From Candidatus Latescibacterota bacterium (GTDB taxonomy: Bacteria > Latescibacterota > UBA2968): a DNA stretch of 64,000 nucleotides. Both the position numbers and the translations under genes were made by a program. Below the pieces are notes generated by a model. It had not been told where the DNA came from and made no database searches. It saw only the letters and a list, made by a program, of their open reading frames with translations. The first letter of the stretch is position 1. Each line of letters opens with the position of its first letter. Of the stretch, positions 27,828-39,285 are shown piece after piece. The stretch is taken from assembly GCA_965116885.1 (NCBI GenBank), contig OZ220741.1, positions 3,776,001 through 3,840,000 on the forward strand. The letters run 5' to 3'.

Positions 27828-29210
27828 CTATGCTCTCGCGGCTTCCCAACCTTTTTTCAGCACTTTCTCGAGTTCGCTCACTGTTTCGGCATAGCGGACA
27901 TCTTCTGCGGCATTGATGTTTTCCGCCGCATCTTCCCGATGGTCGTAAAGTTCGCGTGCCTTTACCTCTCCTGTATCTCTCGATTGCCATTCTGTGTAGC
28001 GGAAGTCGTCTGTCTTGATGGTGTAGCCCATCACGCCCGAGCGTGGATACTGGCTGAAGGCCGCCTGTTTCCATGTTCTATCTGGATCTTCCATCAAGGG
28101 GACAAAGCTCTGGCCTTCGAGATGATCGGGCAACGGCAGATCGCACAGGTCGCATAGCGATGGGTACATATCGACGAATTCCGTAAGACCGGATGCCTTT
28201 GCGCCCTGCTTGCCGCGTTCTGGCGAGCGGATGATCATTGGGGCGTGTGTATCGATGTCGAAGTTTGTGTGCTTGCACCAGCTGCCGTGTTCGCCGAGTT
28301 TCCAGCCGTGATCTCCCCACAGGATTACAACTGTGTTGTCTTTGAGGCCGAGCCGTTCGATTTCGTCGAGCACGCGACCGACCTGCGCGTCCATATACGA
28401 GACACACGCGCAGTAGCCGTGGACCAGTGTGCGCGATAGGTCCTCGGGTATCGGTCCCTCCTTGGGCATCCCAAAGTAGCCGCGCAGTTCTCCGAATTCA
28501 GTCAGGGAATACTCGGTGACGTTCTCCGGTGCGCTGGTATTCAGGGCGAGTGGCAATGCTTCCCGATCATAACGGTCCCAGTGATGCTTGGGGGCATTGA
28601 AGGGCAGATGGGGTTTGTGAAAGCCCACGGCGAGGAAGAAAGGTTGATCGTGCAATTCGTTGAGGGTTTTGATGGCGTGATCGGCGTCCTTGCCATCGTG
28701 ATAGGCGTCATCGGGCACATCCGCGGCCTCGAAAGCCGGTCCCATACCCCGTCGCGTGGATCCTGTAGCAGCAATTTGTGCATCTGTTCGTTCGATTACT
28801 TCCATCGCTTCATCCGTCAGGTAGCCCCGTCCCTTCCAATCACCTGTTGAGACATGCGGTTCGGTCGTCCATCCTCGCAGATCATCGCTTCGATGGTGAT
28901 AGATTTTTCCGATGGATCGCGTCTCATAGCCGTGCTGCTTGAAGTGCTGTGGTAGCGAGAGTACATCGGGCATGACGGACCGCAAGGGGGTTTGTAGATC
29001 GTATATCGTTGTCGTATCCGGGCGACAGCCGCTCAGAACACTCGCCCGAGAAGGCGCGCATACGGCTTGCTGGCAGTAGGCTCGCTCGAATAGGACGCCC
29101 TCTGCGGCCAATTGGTCGATGTTCGGCGACTGTACGAAATCCTGACCATAACAACCGAGTTGAGGGCGCAGATCATCTACGGCGATGAAGAGTACGTTCA
29201 TTTTTTTCAC
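27828..29210 (-). CDS. Sulfatase (iduronate-2-sulfatase-like)
   Basis: NVLFIAVDDLRP, CAPSR, GFHKPHLPF, WGDHGW and WCKH motifs; GGAGG SD before GTG 29210. Confidence 0.92.
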   Translation of the reverse strand: MKKMNVLFIAVDDLRPQLGCYGQDFVQSPNIDQLAAEGVLFERAYCQQAVCAPSRASVLSGCRPDTTTIYDLQTPLRSVMPDVLSLPQHFKQHGYETRSIGKIYHHRSDDLRGWTTEPHVSTGDWKGRGYLTDEAMEVIERTDAQIAATGSTRRGMGPAFEAADVPDDAYHDGKDADHAIKTLNELHDQPFFLAVGFHKPHLPFNAPKHHWDRYDREALPLALNTSAPENVTEYSLTEFGELRGYFGMPKEGPIPEDLSRTLVHGYCACVSYMDAQVGRVLDEIERLGLKDNTVVILWGDHGWKLGEHGSWCKHTNFDIDTHAPMIIRSPERGKQGAKASGLTEFVDMYPSLCDLCDLPLPDHLEGQSFVPLMEDPDRTWKQAAFSQYPRSGVMGYTIKTDDFRYTEWQSRDTGEVKARELYDHREDAAENINAAEDVRYAETVSELEKVLKKGWEAARA

Positions 29211-29310
29211 ATTTCCTCCCAGAGGCATTGGATTTTTCGTTTTTATTTCGGAGACGCAGAGCAATATAAGGGCTGGAGTGTGAAAATCAAGCCACACAAC
29301 AGATCAAATG

Positions 29311-29340
29311 TTGACAAGACGAGTCTTGTGATGTCATATT
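29311..29340 (+). promoter_or_regulatory. Sigma70-type promoter with overlapping palindromic operator
   Basis: TTGACA-N18-CATATT; palindrome ACAAGAC-GA-GTCTTGT at 29314-29329. Confidence 0.55.
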
Positions 29341-29375
29341 ACGGGCAGGTGGTTAGGCCAAACAAGGAGGGTATT

Positions 29376-30278
29376 ATGGCGCAGGATACTGTACGAGAGG
29401 TCGCGACGAGCACGGTTCCCCATAGAGTCCTGGGCAAGACCGGGGAGCGGGTGCCCATTCTGGGATATGGATCTGCCCCCGGTGGGATGGGGCTTTCAGA
29501 TGAGGACGCCATTGCGCTTTGCCATAAGGTGATTGATCTGGGGGTGACGTATATCGATACGGCGCCCGGATATGGTCGGGCGCATGTTCAACTGGGGCAG
29601 GTGATGGCGGAGCGGCGAGATGAGGTGTTTTTGGTGACCAAGACAGCGGCGGATGAAGCGGAACAAGCTCTGAAGATATTGGAGAATGGGCTGAAAGATT
29701 TGCAGACGGATCACGTGGATCTGGTTTACGTGCATTCGATGGGCCGTAGAGATGTAGATCGGGTGCTGGCTCCCGATGGTACGCTGGCAGGGTTGCGGGA
29801 AGCCCGGCGGCGGGGTTGGACGCGATTTATTGGGGTGACAGCGCACAATGCACCCTGGAGGACCGCCCGCGTATTGCGGGAGGCGGATATAGATGTGGTG
29901 ATGCTCGCCATAAATCTCGCGGATCGCTATACTTATAATTTTGAGAATGAGGTGTTGCCTCTGGCGTATGAGCAGAATGTGGGTGTGGCGGCGATGAAGG
30001 TTTACGGCGGGGCGCAGGGAATGACGTATCAAACACCCAGGACTTCGGCTTTGGCTGCGCATGGGCCACACGATCACGAGTTGGCGCTGCGTTACGCGCT
30101 GGGATTGCCCGGCGTTTGCACAGCCGTGATCGGCATGTTTTCGGAGGCAGAGCTTGTGCAGAATCTGGAATGGGCGCGGCGATTTACGCCGCTGAATGCA
30201 GCGGATGGTATTGCTCTTGAGGCTCTTGGTCGAGAGATTGCGGCGGAATGGGGACCGCATTACGGTGCAGTGGAGTAG
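29376..30278 (+). CDS. Aldo/keto reductase
   Basis: RVLGKTG, IDTAPGYG, FLVTK, LQTDHVDLVYVH and AMK motifs; AAGGAGG SD. Confidence 0.9.
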   Translation: MAQDTVREVATSTVPHRVLGKTGERVPILGYGSAPGGMGLSDEDAIALCHKVIDLGVTYIDTAPGYGRAHVQLGQVMAERRDEVFLVTKTAADEAEQALKILENGLKDLQTDHVDLVYVHSMGRRDVDRVLAPDGTLAGLREARRRGWTRFIGVTAHNAPWRTARVLREADIDVVMLAINLADRYTYNFENEVLPLAYEQNVGVAAMKVYGGAQGMTYQTPRTSALAAHGPHDHELALRYALGLPGVCTAVIGMFSEAELVQNLEWARRFTPLNAADGIALEALGREIAAEWGPHYGAVE

Positions 30279-30286
30279 TGTGAAAA

Positions 30287-32269
30287 ATGGCTGAAATCAA
30301 AAGGAAACTCTTCCCATCATCGGAGTTGGCCGAGGATAGCTTGCGCTGGACCGTCGTGGTGCTTTTCTCGGTCACATTGGTTTTTGCCTGTGTTGCCGCA
30401 ACGTTTTTAGAGTTCAAATCTCGTTCTGCACATATGGCGATGGCGAATCTGCCTCTGGCGGTGTTGTTGCCCTTTGTGGCATGGCTTCTGGTGAATGCTT
30501 TTTTGAAGCGGTTCGCGCCCCGCTTGTCCATGACTTCTGCAGAGTTGAGGCTGGCGTTGAGTATGCTCTGGGTAGGCGGATCGTTTGCAGGGTATAACTG
30601 GATTACACAGTGGGTTGGTGCGATGGCGGCGCCGAGATATTATGCGTCGCCCGAGAACCGGTGGCAGGAGTTGATTTTTGACTATTTGCCCTGGTGGATG
30701 TTTCCTTCGAATTTTCCCGGGGTAACGGAGGGATTTTTTCTGGGCCTGGAGGAAGGTGCGACAGTGCCGTGGGGGGCGTGGATAGCCCCTGTGTTTTGGG
30801 CAATGTCCGCCGGGTTGGCGATGACGGCTATTGGGCTGGGTTTGACGGCGGTGTTCCAGAAGCAGTGGGTTCGGCACGAACGGCTGACGTATCCCCTGGC
30901 GCAGGTTCCGCTCAATTTGACGGAAGGGTTCGACGGCAAGCGCGGCTGGCCTCCGTTTATGCGGAACTGGCTGTTCTGGGTGGGGTTTGTCGTGGCTGCT
31001 CTCCCATTGTTGTGGAATCTGATCGAATACTGGACGCCGGGTTTTCCCAGACTGGCGATTTTTGACCCTTATTACGGTCCAAGGGGTCCCAGGGGCGCTG
31101 CATTGTCGCGTTATTTGCAGCCGTTCTCTTATCGGCTTTTGCCTCCTGTGCTGGGGTTCACATTTTTGTGCGATTTGAATATCTTGTTCAGTATCTGGTC
31201 TTTGTGGCTGGCGGGGCAGGCGGGACTTTACGGAATGTCCAGGGTTGGATTTTCCGTAGGGTTGGCCGGGCAAGAGGCTAAGCCCACTGCAATTTTGGGC
31301 TTGTTTACCCATGGCGTGAGCATGGGGCTGGCGATCTGGGCGATTTGGGTTGCTCGCGGTCATCTGAGAAAGGTTTTTCGGCAGGTGTTACGCCCGCCCA
31401 TAAGCGGGGAAGCGGAAACTGCGATTTTGTCTCCCCGATTAGCCGTTTTTGGGATTTTGGGTGGTGGTATTTATATGGTTTTCTGGCTGTACAGCGCGGG
31501 TTATAGCGCGGGGATTGGGCTGGCCTGGCTGTTGCTTTTCTGGGCGAGTATTCTGGTGGTGATGAAGTTTTTGGCGGCGAGTGGGTTTGCGTATTTGTTT
31601 CCGAGTTTCGGTACGTCGATTCTGGATATAACAGTGGGTGCCAGTCGGATGCAAGACGCCACGCAGGTGGGGCTTCGGCTGGTGAACTGGCGTTTACTGG
31701 CTGGTTGGCGTTTGCCGGCAGCATTGCCCCATGTGGAACGCCTGGTGAGGCCGGCGAAGCGGGTTGGATGGGTGGTAATTGGGAGCTTGATGCTGGGGAT
31801 GCTATCGGCAATTCTCTACACGGTTTCCATCTGCTATGAATCGGGGGGGAGTACTTTCCGCACCTGGTCTCTGGTAGGTGCTCCGGTAGGGATGTACGAG
31901 GGGATTGCCAAGGCGGTTGCAGAAACGAATCCGACTGTGACCGATCCGGGAAAAATTGGTGTGTGGGTTCTGGGCGGTGTGGTTGCGGGCGTTATTCAGG
32001 TGATGCAGAGCCGATTTGCCTGGTGGCCGTTTCATCCGTTGGGTGTGATGCTGATGTCGAGCGGTTATGTTCGGCTGTATGTACTGGATATTTTTCTGGT
32101 GTGGTTGGGCAAATTGTTGGTTCTCAGTTTTGGGGGCATATCACTTTATCGAAGGGTTAAACCGTGTTGTTATGGGTTGATTGTGGGGTATGTATTTGCC
32201 GTGGGGTGTTCTTTTGTAATTGATTTGATCTGGTTTTCAGAAGGTGGGCATTATATCCACGGGTATTAG
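30287..32269 (+). CDS. DUF6785/DUF6784-like polytopic membrane protein (putative transporter)
   Basis: APRYYASPENRW, QWVRHERLTYPL, WWPFHPLG and GLIVG motifs; many TM segments. Confidence 0.78.
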   Translation: MAEIKRKLFPSSELAEDSLRWTVVVLFSVTLVFACVAATFLEFKSRSAHMAMANLPLAVLLPFVAWLLVNAFLKRFAPRLSMTSAELRLALSMLWVGGSFAGYNWITQWVGAMAAPRYYASPENRWQELIFDYLPWWMFPSNFPGVTEGFFLGLEEGATVPWGAWIAPVFWAMSAGLAMTAIGLGLTAVFQKQWVRHERLTYPLAQVPLNLTEGFDGKRGWPPFMRNWLFWVGFVVAALPLLWNLIEYWTPGFPRLAIFDPYYGPRGPRGAALSRYLQPFSYRLLPPVLGFTFLCDLNILFSIWSLWLAGQAGLYGMSRVGFSVGLAGQEAKPTAILGLFTHGVSMGLAIWAIWVARGHLRKVFRQVLRPPISGEAETAILSPRLAVFGILGGGIYMVFWLYSAGYSAGIGLAWLLLFWASILVVMKFLAASGFAYLFPSFGTSILDITVGASRMQDATQVGLRLVNWRLLAGWRLPAALPHVERLVRPAKRVGWVVIGSLMLGMLSAILYTVSICYESGGSTFRTWSLVGAPVGMYEGIAKAVAETNPTVTDPGKIGVWVLGGVVAGVIQVMQSRFAWWPFHPLGVMLMSSGYVRLYVLDIFLVWLGKLLVLSFGGISLYRRVKPCCYGLIVGYVFAVGCSFVIDLIWFSEGGHYIHGY

Positions 32270-32279
32270 CGGTATGGGG

Positions 32280-34310
32280 TTATTTTTTCGATAGGTGCGG
32301 CAGGTAGCCTTGTTGCTGGAGTGTTTGATTCAGAGATTCGGGATTTGCTTCATTGTTGAGGGTTGCAGTGGTTGGAGAAATGCGGTCGCCCAATGCCTGG
32401 GCGATGCGGGGTTGGGCGTAGAGTTCGTCGAGCAATTCACATGTGGTGGTTTTGATACGTCCGCTGGCGGGAATGATTTCGATTTCGCCGTATCTGTCGT
32501 CACATTCGACAATCAAAGCATTGACTATCTCGGGTAGGCCGCTCGCGCTGTGCTGTGTCAAAAATGCGCGTATCTCATCCCCCGACAAACCGCGTGCGAA
32601 TGCGCGGCGAAGCGAGTCGCGCGAGAGGTGGAAACACGCCATCACATCCTGTGTTTTGAGGTCGCCGATGACGCATAGTTTGAGATAGTGCGCGCTGGGA
32701 AGGTCCGGCGGGGATAGAACTTCAAAATTGGGCTGTACAACAAATTTTGCATCTGAATTTTGCAGGGGTATTTGTTCGCTCAGTGCGTCATCCTGCGTGT
32801 CGTGCAATAGGGCATAACCCGCCGGGGTGATTTGAAAGACCGCCTGTTTGCTGTGCTGTAATGGTGCGGAGAAATCGGGAAAGTTGCCCACGCGAACAAC
32901 GCCCATCCAGGTGAGCGCGCCGGTGATGGTGCGACGCAGCAATTCATCGGCGGTGGTCCCGGTATGGGCTGGATCTTTGGCAAAATGCCGAAAAGGCTCT
33001 GAAAGGCGCGTCAGGAATTGATAATACGACGGATATGTCATCCATGTATCGGTGGGGCAATGCCGAAGGCTCCGCACGATTTCACTGCGAATATTCTTGA
33101 GTACTTGCATTCGGGCACTGGTGGCTTTGGTGCGGTCGGAAGACCACTCATTCCACCGTTCGCTGTGAAACCAGAATTCAAAACACGCCTTGCGTATGTC
33201 GATGATTTGTCCTACCCGGGTGCCGGCATCCAGGGCGGTATGCCAGACTGTGCCCTGAGGGGTTACAAGTTCCATTGTTTCGGCAAAGAGCGTGAGAAAT
33301 TCAATATATCCCGGATCGTTCTGAATATGGCAGTATTTGTTCGCGTCGCGCAAATCGGTTTTGGACATGCCACCGTGTTTGAGTCTGCGGGGCAAGCGTT
33401 GTGCAATAATGCCGAGCAATGTGGTCAGGTCCCGAATGAGAAAAGCGGTGTTTTCACGTATCGCAGCGGGAGTGGTGGTGGATGTTTCGAGGAGGGCGTC
33501 GAGACTACTTTCGAGTTGTCCTCCCTGAGATTGGGCGATTTGGGATAGGGCGGTACACAGGTCTGAAGCGAGATATATCGCAGCATTGGGGGCGTGAAGG
33601 TCGCGGTTAGGAGCGTAAAAGATCGGCATTTTCCAGAGCATGTCTTCCAATTCACGGACTGCGGATTCTCCCAATTTGTCGGCGATTTCGCGGCGTGTGA
33701 GTGCGTTGGCAGGGAGGAACAGGTCGAGAATGGCGCGGCGATCTTCGCTGAGTGTGTTGAGGTAGGCGTGCAGTGTTTTTGTATCGAGCAGGGCATCTCT
33801 TATGGCGTTGGATACGATGGGTTTGCGCGTGTCTGAAAGGCGCAGGTCAATCTGATCTGCAAAAGCTCGAAGCAAACCCACAGATACGGGTTTCAAGATG
33901 ACGAGCAGTCGGCCCTGATCTGCGTCGGGAATGGGGATGGATTTGAGCAGCGATTCGGGAATGCCAATGAGAACGTCTGAATCACCCAATGTATGTGCGT
34001 CTCGGAATACGAGACCGGTCAGGTCACTGAGTTGTGCATGGAGACGGGGAAGAAATCCGTTGGCAAATTTTTCAACGGCTTCGGTTTCTAAAAGCTCGCC
34101 CCCTTCAGCGGCAAGGGTCTGTACCATCGCGCGTTGTTCCAGCGATAGGGAACTGAGACGTTTGGCTACATGCTTTGGGTCGGGGAGTATGCGGCAGAGC
34201 GCGTCGGCGAGGATGGTTTTGTTGCTGCCAGTGGGATCAACACCCACGTCGCGGGCGAGTTGACAGAGTGTGTCGAATGGATATTGTGTGAGCGCGGTGC
34301 GTAGTTTCAT
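32280..34310 (-). CDS. Helicase-associated domain protein (Helicase_C_3; XPB-partner type)
   Basis: C-terminal VVQPNFEVL...LSRDSLRRAFARGLSGDEIRAFL..HS..GLP..V motif, homologous to the XPB N-terminal domain. Confidence 0.75.
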   Translation of the reverse strand: MKLRTALTQYPFDTLCQLARDVGVDPTGSNKTILADALCRILPDPKHVAKRLSSLSLEQRAMVQTLAAEGGELLETEAVEKFANGFLPRLHAQLSDLTGLVFRDAHTLGDSDVLIGIPESLLKSIPIPDADQGRLLVILKPVSVGLLRAFADQIDLRLSDTRKPIVSNAIRDALLDTKTLHAYLNTLSEDRRAILDLFLPANALTRREIADKLGESAVRELEDMLWKMPIFYAPNRDLHAPNAAIYLASDLCTALSQIAQSQGGQLESSLDALLETSTTTPAAIRENTAFLIRDLTTLLGIIAQRLPRRLKHGGMSKTDLRDANKYCHIQNDPGYIEFLTLFAETMELVTPQGTVWHTALDAGTRVGQIIDIRKACFEFWFHSERWNEWSSDRTKATSARMQVLKNIRSEIVRSLRHCPTDTWMTYPSYYQFLTRLSEPFRHFAKDPAHTGTTADELLRRTITGALTWMGVVRVGNFPDFSAPLQHSKQAVFQITPAGYALLHDTQDDALSEQIPLQNSDAKFVVQPNFEVLSPPDLPSAHYLKLCVIGDLKTQDVMACFHLSRDSLRRAFARGLSGDEIRAFLTQHSASGLPEIVNALIVECDDRYGEIEIIPASGRIKTTTCELLDELYAQPRIAQALGDRISPTTATLNNEANPESLNQTLQQQGYLPHLSKK

Positions 34311-34323
34311 AATGGACACAGTA

Positions 34324-34354
34324 AAAATAAGACACTTACAAAACTGTAAGTGCC
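34324..34354 (-). terminator. Intrinsic terminator after tRNA
   Basis: Minus strand GCACTTACA-GTTT-TGTAAGTGT followed by CTTATTTTT. Confidence 0.65.
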
Positions 34355-34364
34355 TAAAAAAAAG

Positions 34365-34437
34365 TGGAGCCGAGCGGGATCGAACCGCCGACCTTTTGAC
34401 TGCCAGTCAAACGCTCTCCCAGTTGAGCTACGGCCCC
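34365..34437 (-). tRNA. tRNA-Ala (GGC)
   Basis: GGGGCCGTAGCTCAACTGGGAGAGCGTTTGACT-GGC-AGTCAAAAGGTCGGCGGTTCGATCCCGCTCGGCTCCA folds as a cloverleaf with the G3:U70 Ala identity pair. CCA is not encoded. Confidence 0.96.
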
Positions 34438-34454
34438 ACATCTATACGCAGTCA

Positions 34455-34483
34455 AGGGTAACAAAATAGGATGGGTCTGTCAA
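34455..34483 (-). promoter_or_regulatory. Sigma70-type promoter of tRNA-Ala
   Basis: TTGACA-N17-TACCCT. Confidence 0.65.
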
Positions 34484-34491
34484 GCAAAAAT

Positions 34492-34561
34492 CCGATTGCG
34501 GATTACGGGATTGCGCGGACTAAACCCGATGCGTCAGTGAACGGATTAACTGCGTGGATTT
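34492..34561 (+). repeat. Degenerate GGAT-core short-period repeat
   Basis: tgcggatta-cgggattg-cgcggacta...acggatta...gtggatt, next to the ligA stop. Confidence 0.45.
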
Positions 34562-34576
34562 GCCTCACTCCAGGGA

Positions 34577-36619
<2,043 letters not shown>

Positions 36620-36674
36620 TTAATAAGGGGGATCGGATCCGAAGCGATGGATTATCCAATTCAATGCTGCGTTT

Positions 36675-36703
36675 AGTATAGCCAATTTTGTCCGCACATT
36701 CAA
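36675..36703 (-). promoter_or_regulatory. Sigma70-type promoter of ligA
   Basis: TTGAAT-N17-TATACT. Confidence 0.65.
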
Positions 36704-36758
36704 GGTTGGCGCGGTGTTTACTCGCCAATAATCTTCGCCAGCAACCTCACGTTAGTTT

Positions 36759-37586
36759 TTAAGAAAAAAGAAAAGCTGTGAGACCCAGTAGCATCCCTGC
36801 TTTGAGGAGTTTATTCAGGTATCCGAGTGTGTCTTTTTGCCAGAGGCGGATGAGGACGAAGATGAGCAAAAGGTTGAGTAGGACAATCAGGCAGAGATAA
36901 ATTGAGCTGTAAATGCCGAGGAGCGCGGGCAATGGGGTTGCGATGATGAGGATTGCAAAGATGCCAGTGATCAGGATGCGCGCGGTGTTTTCGCCCCAGG
37001 AGATGGGTACGGTGCCGCCGGATAATTGGCGGTCGCCCGCGCTGTCTTCGAGGTCTTTGAGGAGTTCGCGCCCCAGGTGAAACAGAAAGGCAAAGCCCGC
37101 GATGAGATAGGGGGCAGATATGTTCTCAACGGCTGCGCCGCCATAGAGAAATGCCAGACCGCCGAGCGCACTTACTGTGAGATTGCCGATGAGAGGTACG
37201 CGTTTGAGATAGGTATTGTAAAGGATCAGGCTTGCGATGGCGGTGAGGGCAATGGCGATGGCAGGCATTGGTAGGGGTAGAGCGAGGAGAATGCCCGCGA
37301 GGAGGAAAATACCCATTTCTATACGGGCGGTGCCGGGGGATAAACGCCCCGAAGGGAGTGGGCGGTGCGGTTTGTTGATGCGGTCTTCGGTGATGCCGCA
37401 CAGGTCATTGAGCGCGTTGCCTCCTGCGGTTATGAGGGCAGCGGATAGCGCGGCAAAAAGCAGGGGGTCGGTGATGTTGTGAATTCCCAGCCAGCCGCCG
37501 AGGAGTACCGAGGCAAAGGTTATGAGACAATTGATCGGGCGAGGCAGTTCAATCGCAGCGTAAAATCTGGTCTTGCGGAAGGCCAT
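36759..37586 (-). CDS. UbiA-family prenyltransferase, DGGGP-synthase-like
   Basis: RPIN, GNALND..ED.INKPHRPLPSG, LKRVPLIGN and RELLKDLED..GD motifs. Confidence 0.85.
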   Translation of the reverse strand: MAFRKTRFYAAIELPRPINCLITFASVLLGGWLGIHNITDPLLFAALSAALITAGGNALNDLCGITEDRINKPHRPLPSGRLSPGTARIEMGIFLLAGILLALPLPMPAIAIALTAIASLILYNTYLKRVPLIGNLTVSALGGLAFLYGGAAVENISAPYLIAGFAFLFHLGRELLKDLEDSAGDRQLSGGTVPISWGENTARILITGIFAILIIATPLPALLGIYSSIYLCLIVLLNLLLIFVLIRLWQKDTLGYLNKLLKAGMLLGLTAFLFS

Positions 37587-37591
37587 GTTTT

Positions 37592-39280
37592 TCAGGCCTC
37601 TTCAAAGACATCGTCTGCGTCTCGAATGGTGTAGCGGTAGCCCTGTTCGGTGAGGAAGGTCTGGCGGTTTCGGGCAAATTCTTGTTCGCGGGTATCGCGC
37701 GTAACCAGGGTGTAAAAATGAGCCAGGCTACCATCGGATTTGGGGCGCAAAATGCGTCCGAGGCGTTGGGCTTCTTCCTGGCGCGAGCCATAAGTGCCAG
37801 AAATCTGAATGGCGACGCTGGCATCGGGTAGATCGACGGCAAAATTGGCGACTTTGGATACGACGAGGATCTTGATTTTGCCCTTTCGAAATGCTTCGTA
37901 GAGGTGGTCGCGGTCTTCGGTAGGGGTTTTGCCCATGATCAACGGGGCGTCGAGTTCTCGTGCAATATGTTCGACCTGGCGGATGTATTGCCCAATGACG
38001 AGGATTTGGTCGCCTTCGTGTTTTTTTAGCAGATGTTTGACCATGTGGGTTTTGTCGGCATTTTCCGATGCGATACGGAATTTGGCGCGTCTATCTGCTA
38101 TGGCATAGTTGAGTCGCTTGCCCTGTGGCAATGGCAGGCGAATTTCACAGCATTCTGCGGTTGCTATCCAGCCGCTGGATTCAAGCTCTCGCCAGGGTAC
38201 GTCGTAGCGCTTGGGACCGATGAGGGAAAAGACGTCGGTTTCGAGGCCGTCTTCGCGCACGAGGGTGGCTGTGAGGCCCAGACGACGCCGGGATTGTAAT
38301 TCGGCGGTAAAGCGAAATACGGGGGCGGGAAGCAGGTGAACTTCATCGTAAATAATGAGGCCCCAATTACCCTGATTAAAAATGCCGAAGTGGGGAAAGT
38401 CTTCCTCCCGGCTCTTGCGATAGGTCAGGATATTGTAGGTGGCAATGGTAATGGGCCGGATTTCTTTGCGCTCGCCAGAATATTCGCCTATCTGGTCGTC
38501 GGTGAGGCTCGTTTTGTCGATGAGTTCTGCTTTCCACTGGCGAGACGCCGTGATATTGGTGGTCAGGATCAGGGTTTCGCACTGGAGGGTATTCATGGCA
38601 GCCATGCCCACAATGGTTTTCCCCGCGCCGCAGGGCAAGACTACTGTGCCGCTCCCGCCATCGGGACCTCCGCCCGCGTGGAATATATCGACAGCCTCGC
38701 GCTGATAATCGCGCAATGCAAAGGGATTTCCCGATAGTGCAGTCTGGCGATGTCGGAATTTAAGTGTTCTGCCTTTGAGATATCCCGCGCGATCTTTGAC
38801 CGGGAATCCGATGCGTGTGAGAGCCTGTTTGAGGTGCCCCCGATAGAGGGGCAAAACGCTGATGCGATGGGCGTCGAGTCGCTTTTCAATATAGGGCTGG
38901 ACGGTTTTGTGGCGACAGATTTCAAGGATAATCAGGGGATCTTCGGAAGACAGGATGAGCGCGTCGCCTTCTTTGTCGAGATAGACTTTGCCATAGCGGC
39001 TCATGGCCTCTCGGATTTCAACGCCCACATTTTGGGGAATGTCGTATTTGCCGTAGGCTTCGAGGGTGGCGATGATTTCTTCGGTGGTGACACCAGCTGC
39101 GGCTGCATTCCAGAGCGAGAGGGGATTGACGCGGTATGTGTGCATGTGCTCGGGGCTTTTTTCCAACTCGGCAAAGCGTACGAGCCGATCTCGCGCCGCT
39201 TCGTATCTGGGAGAGTTGACTTCGACGAGAACTGTGAGGTCGCTCTGGATGATGAGGGGATTTTCGGGGTTGTAGTTCAT
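37592..39280 (-). CDS. xpb: XPB/Rad25-like DNA repair helicase (SF2)
   Basis: LEKSPEHMHTY N-domain; LRDYQ, VLPCGAGKT, DEVH, GLTATLVRED and EEAQRLGRILRPK motifs. Confidence 0.94.
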   Translation of the reverse strand: MNYNPENPLIIQSDLTVLVEVNSPRYEAARDRLVRFAELEKSPEHMHTYRVNPLSLWNAAAAGVTTEEIIATLEAYGKYDIPQNVGVEIREAMSRYGKVYLDKEGDALILSSEDPLIILEICRHKTVQPYIEKRLDAHRISVLPLYRGHLKQALTRIGFPVKDRAGYLKGRTLKFRHRQTALSGNPFALRDYQREAVDIFHAGGGPDGGSGTVVLPCGAGKTIVGMAAMNTLQCETLILTTNITASRQWKAELIDKTSLTDDQIGEYSGERKEIRPITIATYNILTYRKSREEDFPHFGIFNQGNWGLIIYDEVHLLPAPVFRFTAELQSRRRLGLTATLVREDGLETDVFSLIGPKRYDVPWRELESSGWIATAECCEIRLPLPQGKRLNYAIADRRAKFRIASENADKTHMVKHLLKKHEGDQILVIGQYIRQVEHIARELDAPLIMGKTPTEDRDHLYEAFRKGKIKILVVSKVANFAVDLPDASVAIQISGTYGSRQEEAQRLGRILRPKSDGSLAHFYTLVTRDTREQEFARNRQTFLTEQGYRYTIRDADDVFEEA

Positions 39281-39285
39281 ATTTT

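Noticed and set aside
29112..29375. Long N-terminal extensions in the ORF track (also at 8300, 17618, 22243, 27790, 39349, 42154 and 58569)
   Set aside because: They overlap neighbouring genes or promoters. Downstream starts have SD sequences or match family N-termini.
34365..34437. tRNA-Ala as an integration site for an island or prophage
   Set aside because: No duplicated tRNA 3' end or integrase is seen, and the flanks are housekeeping-like genes.
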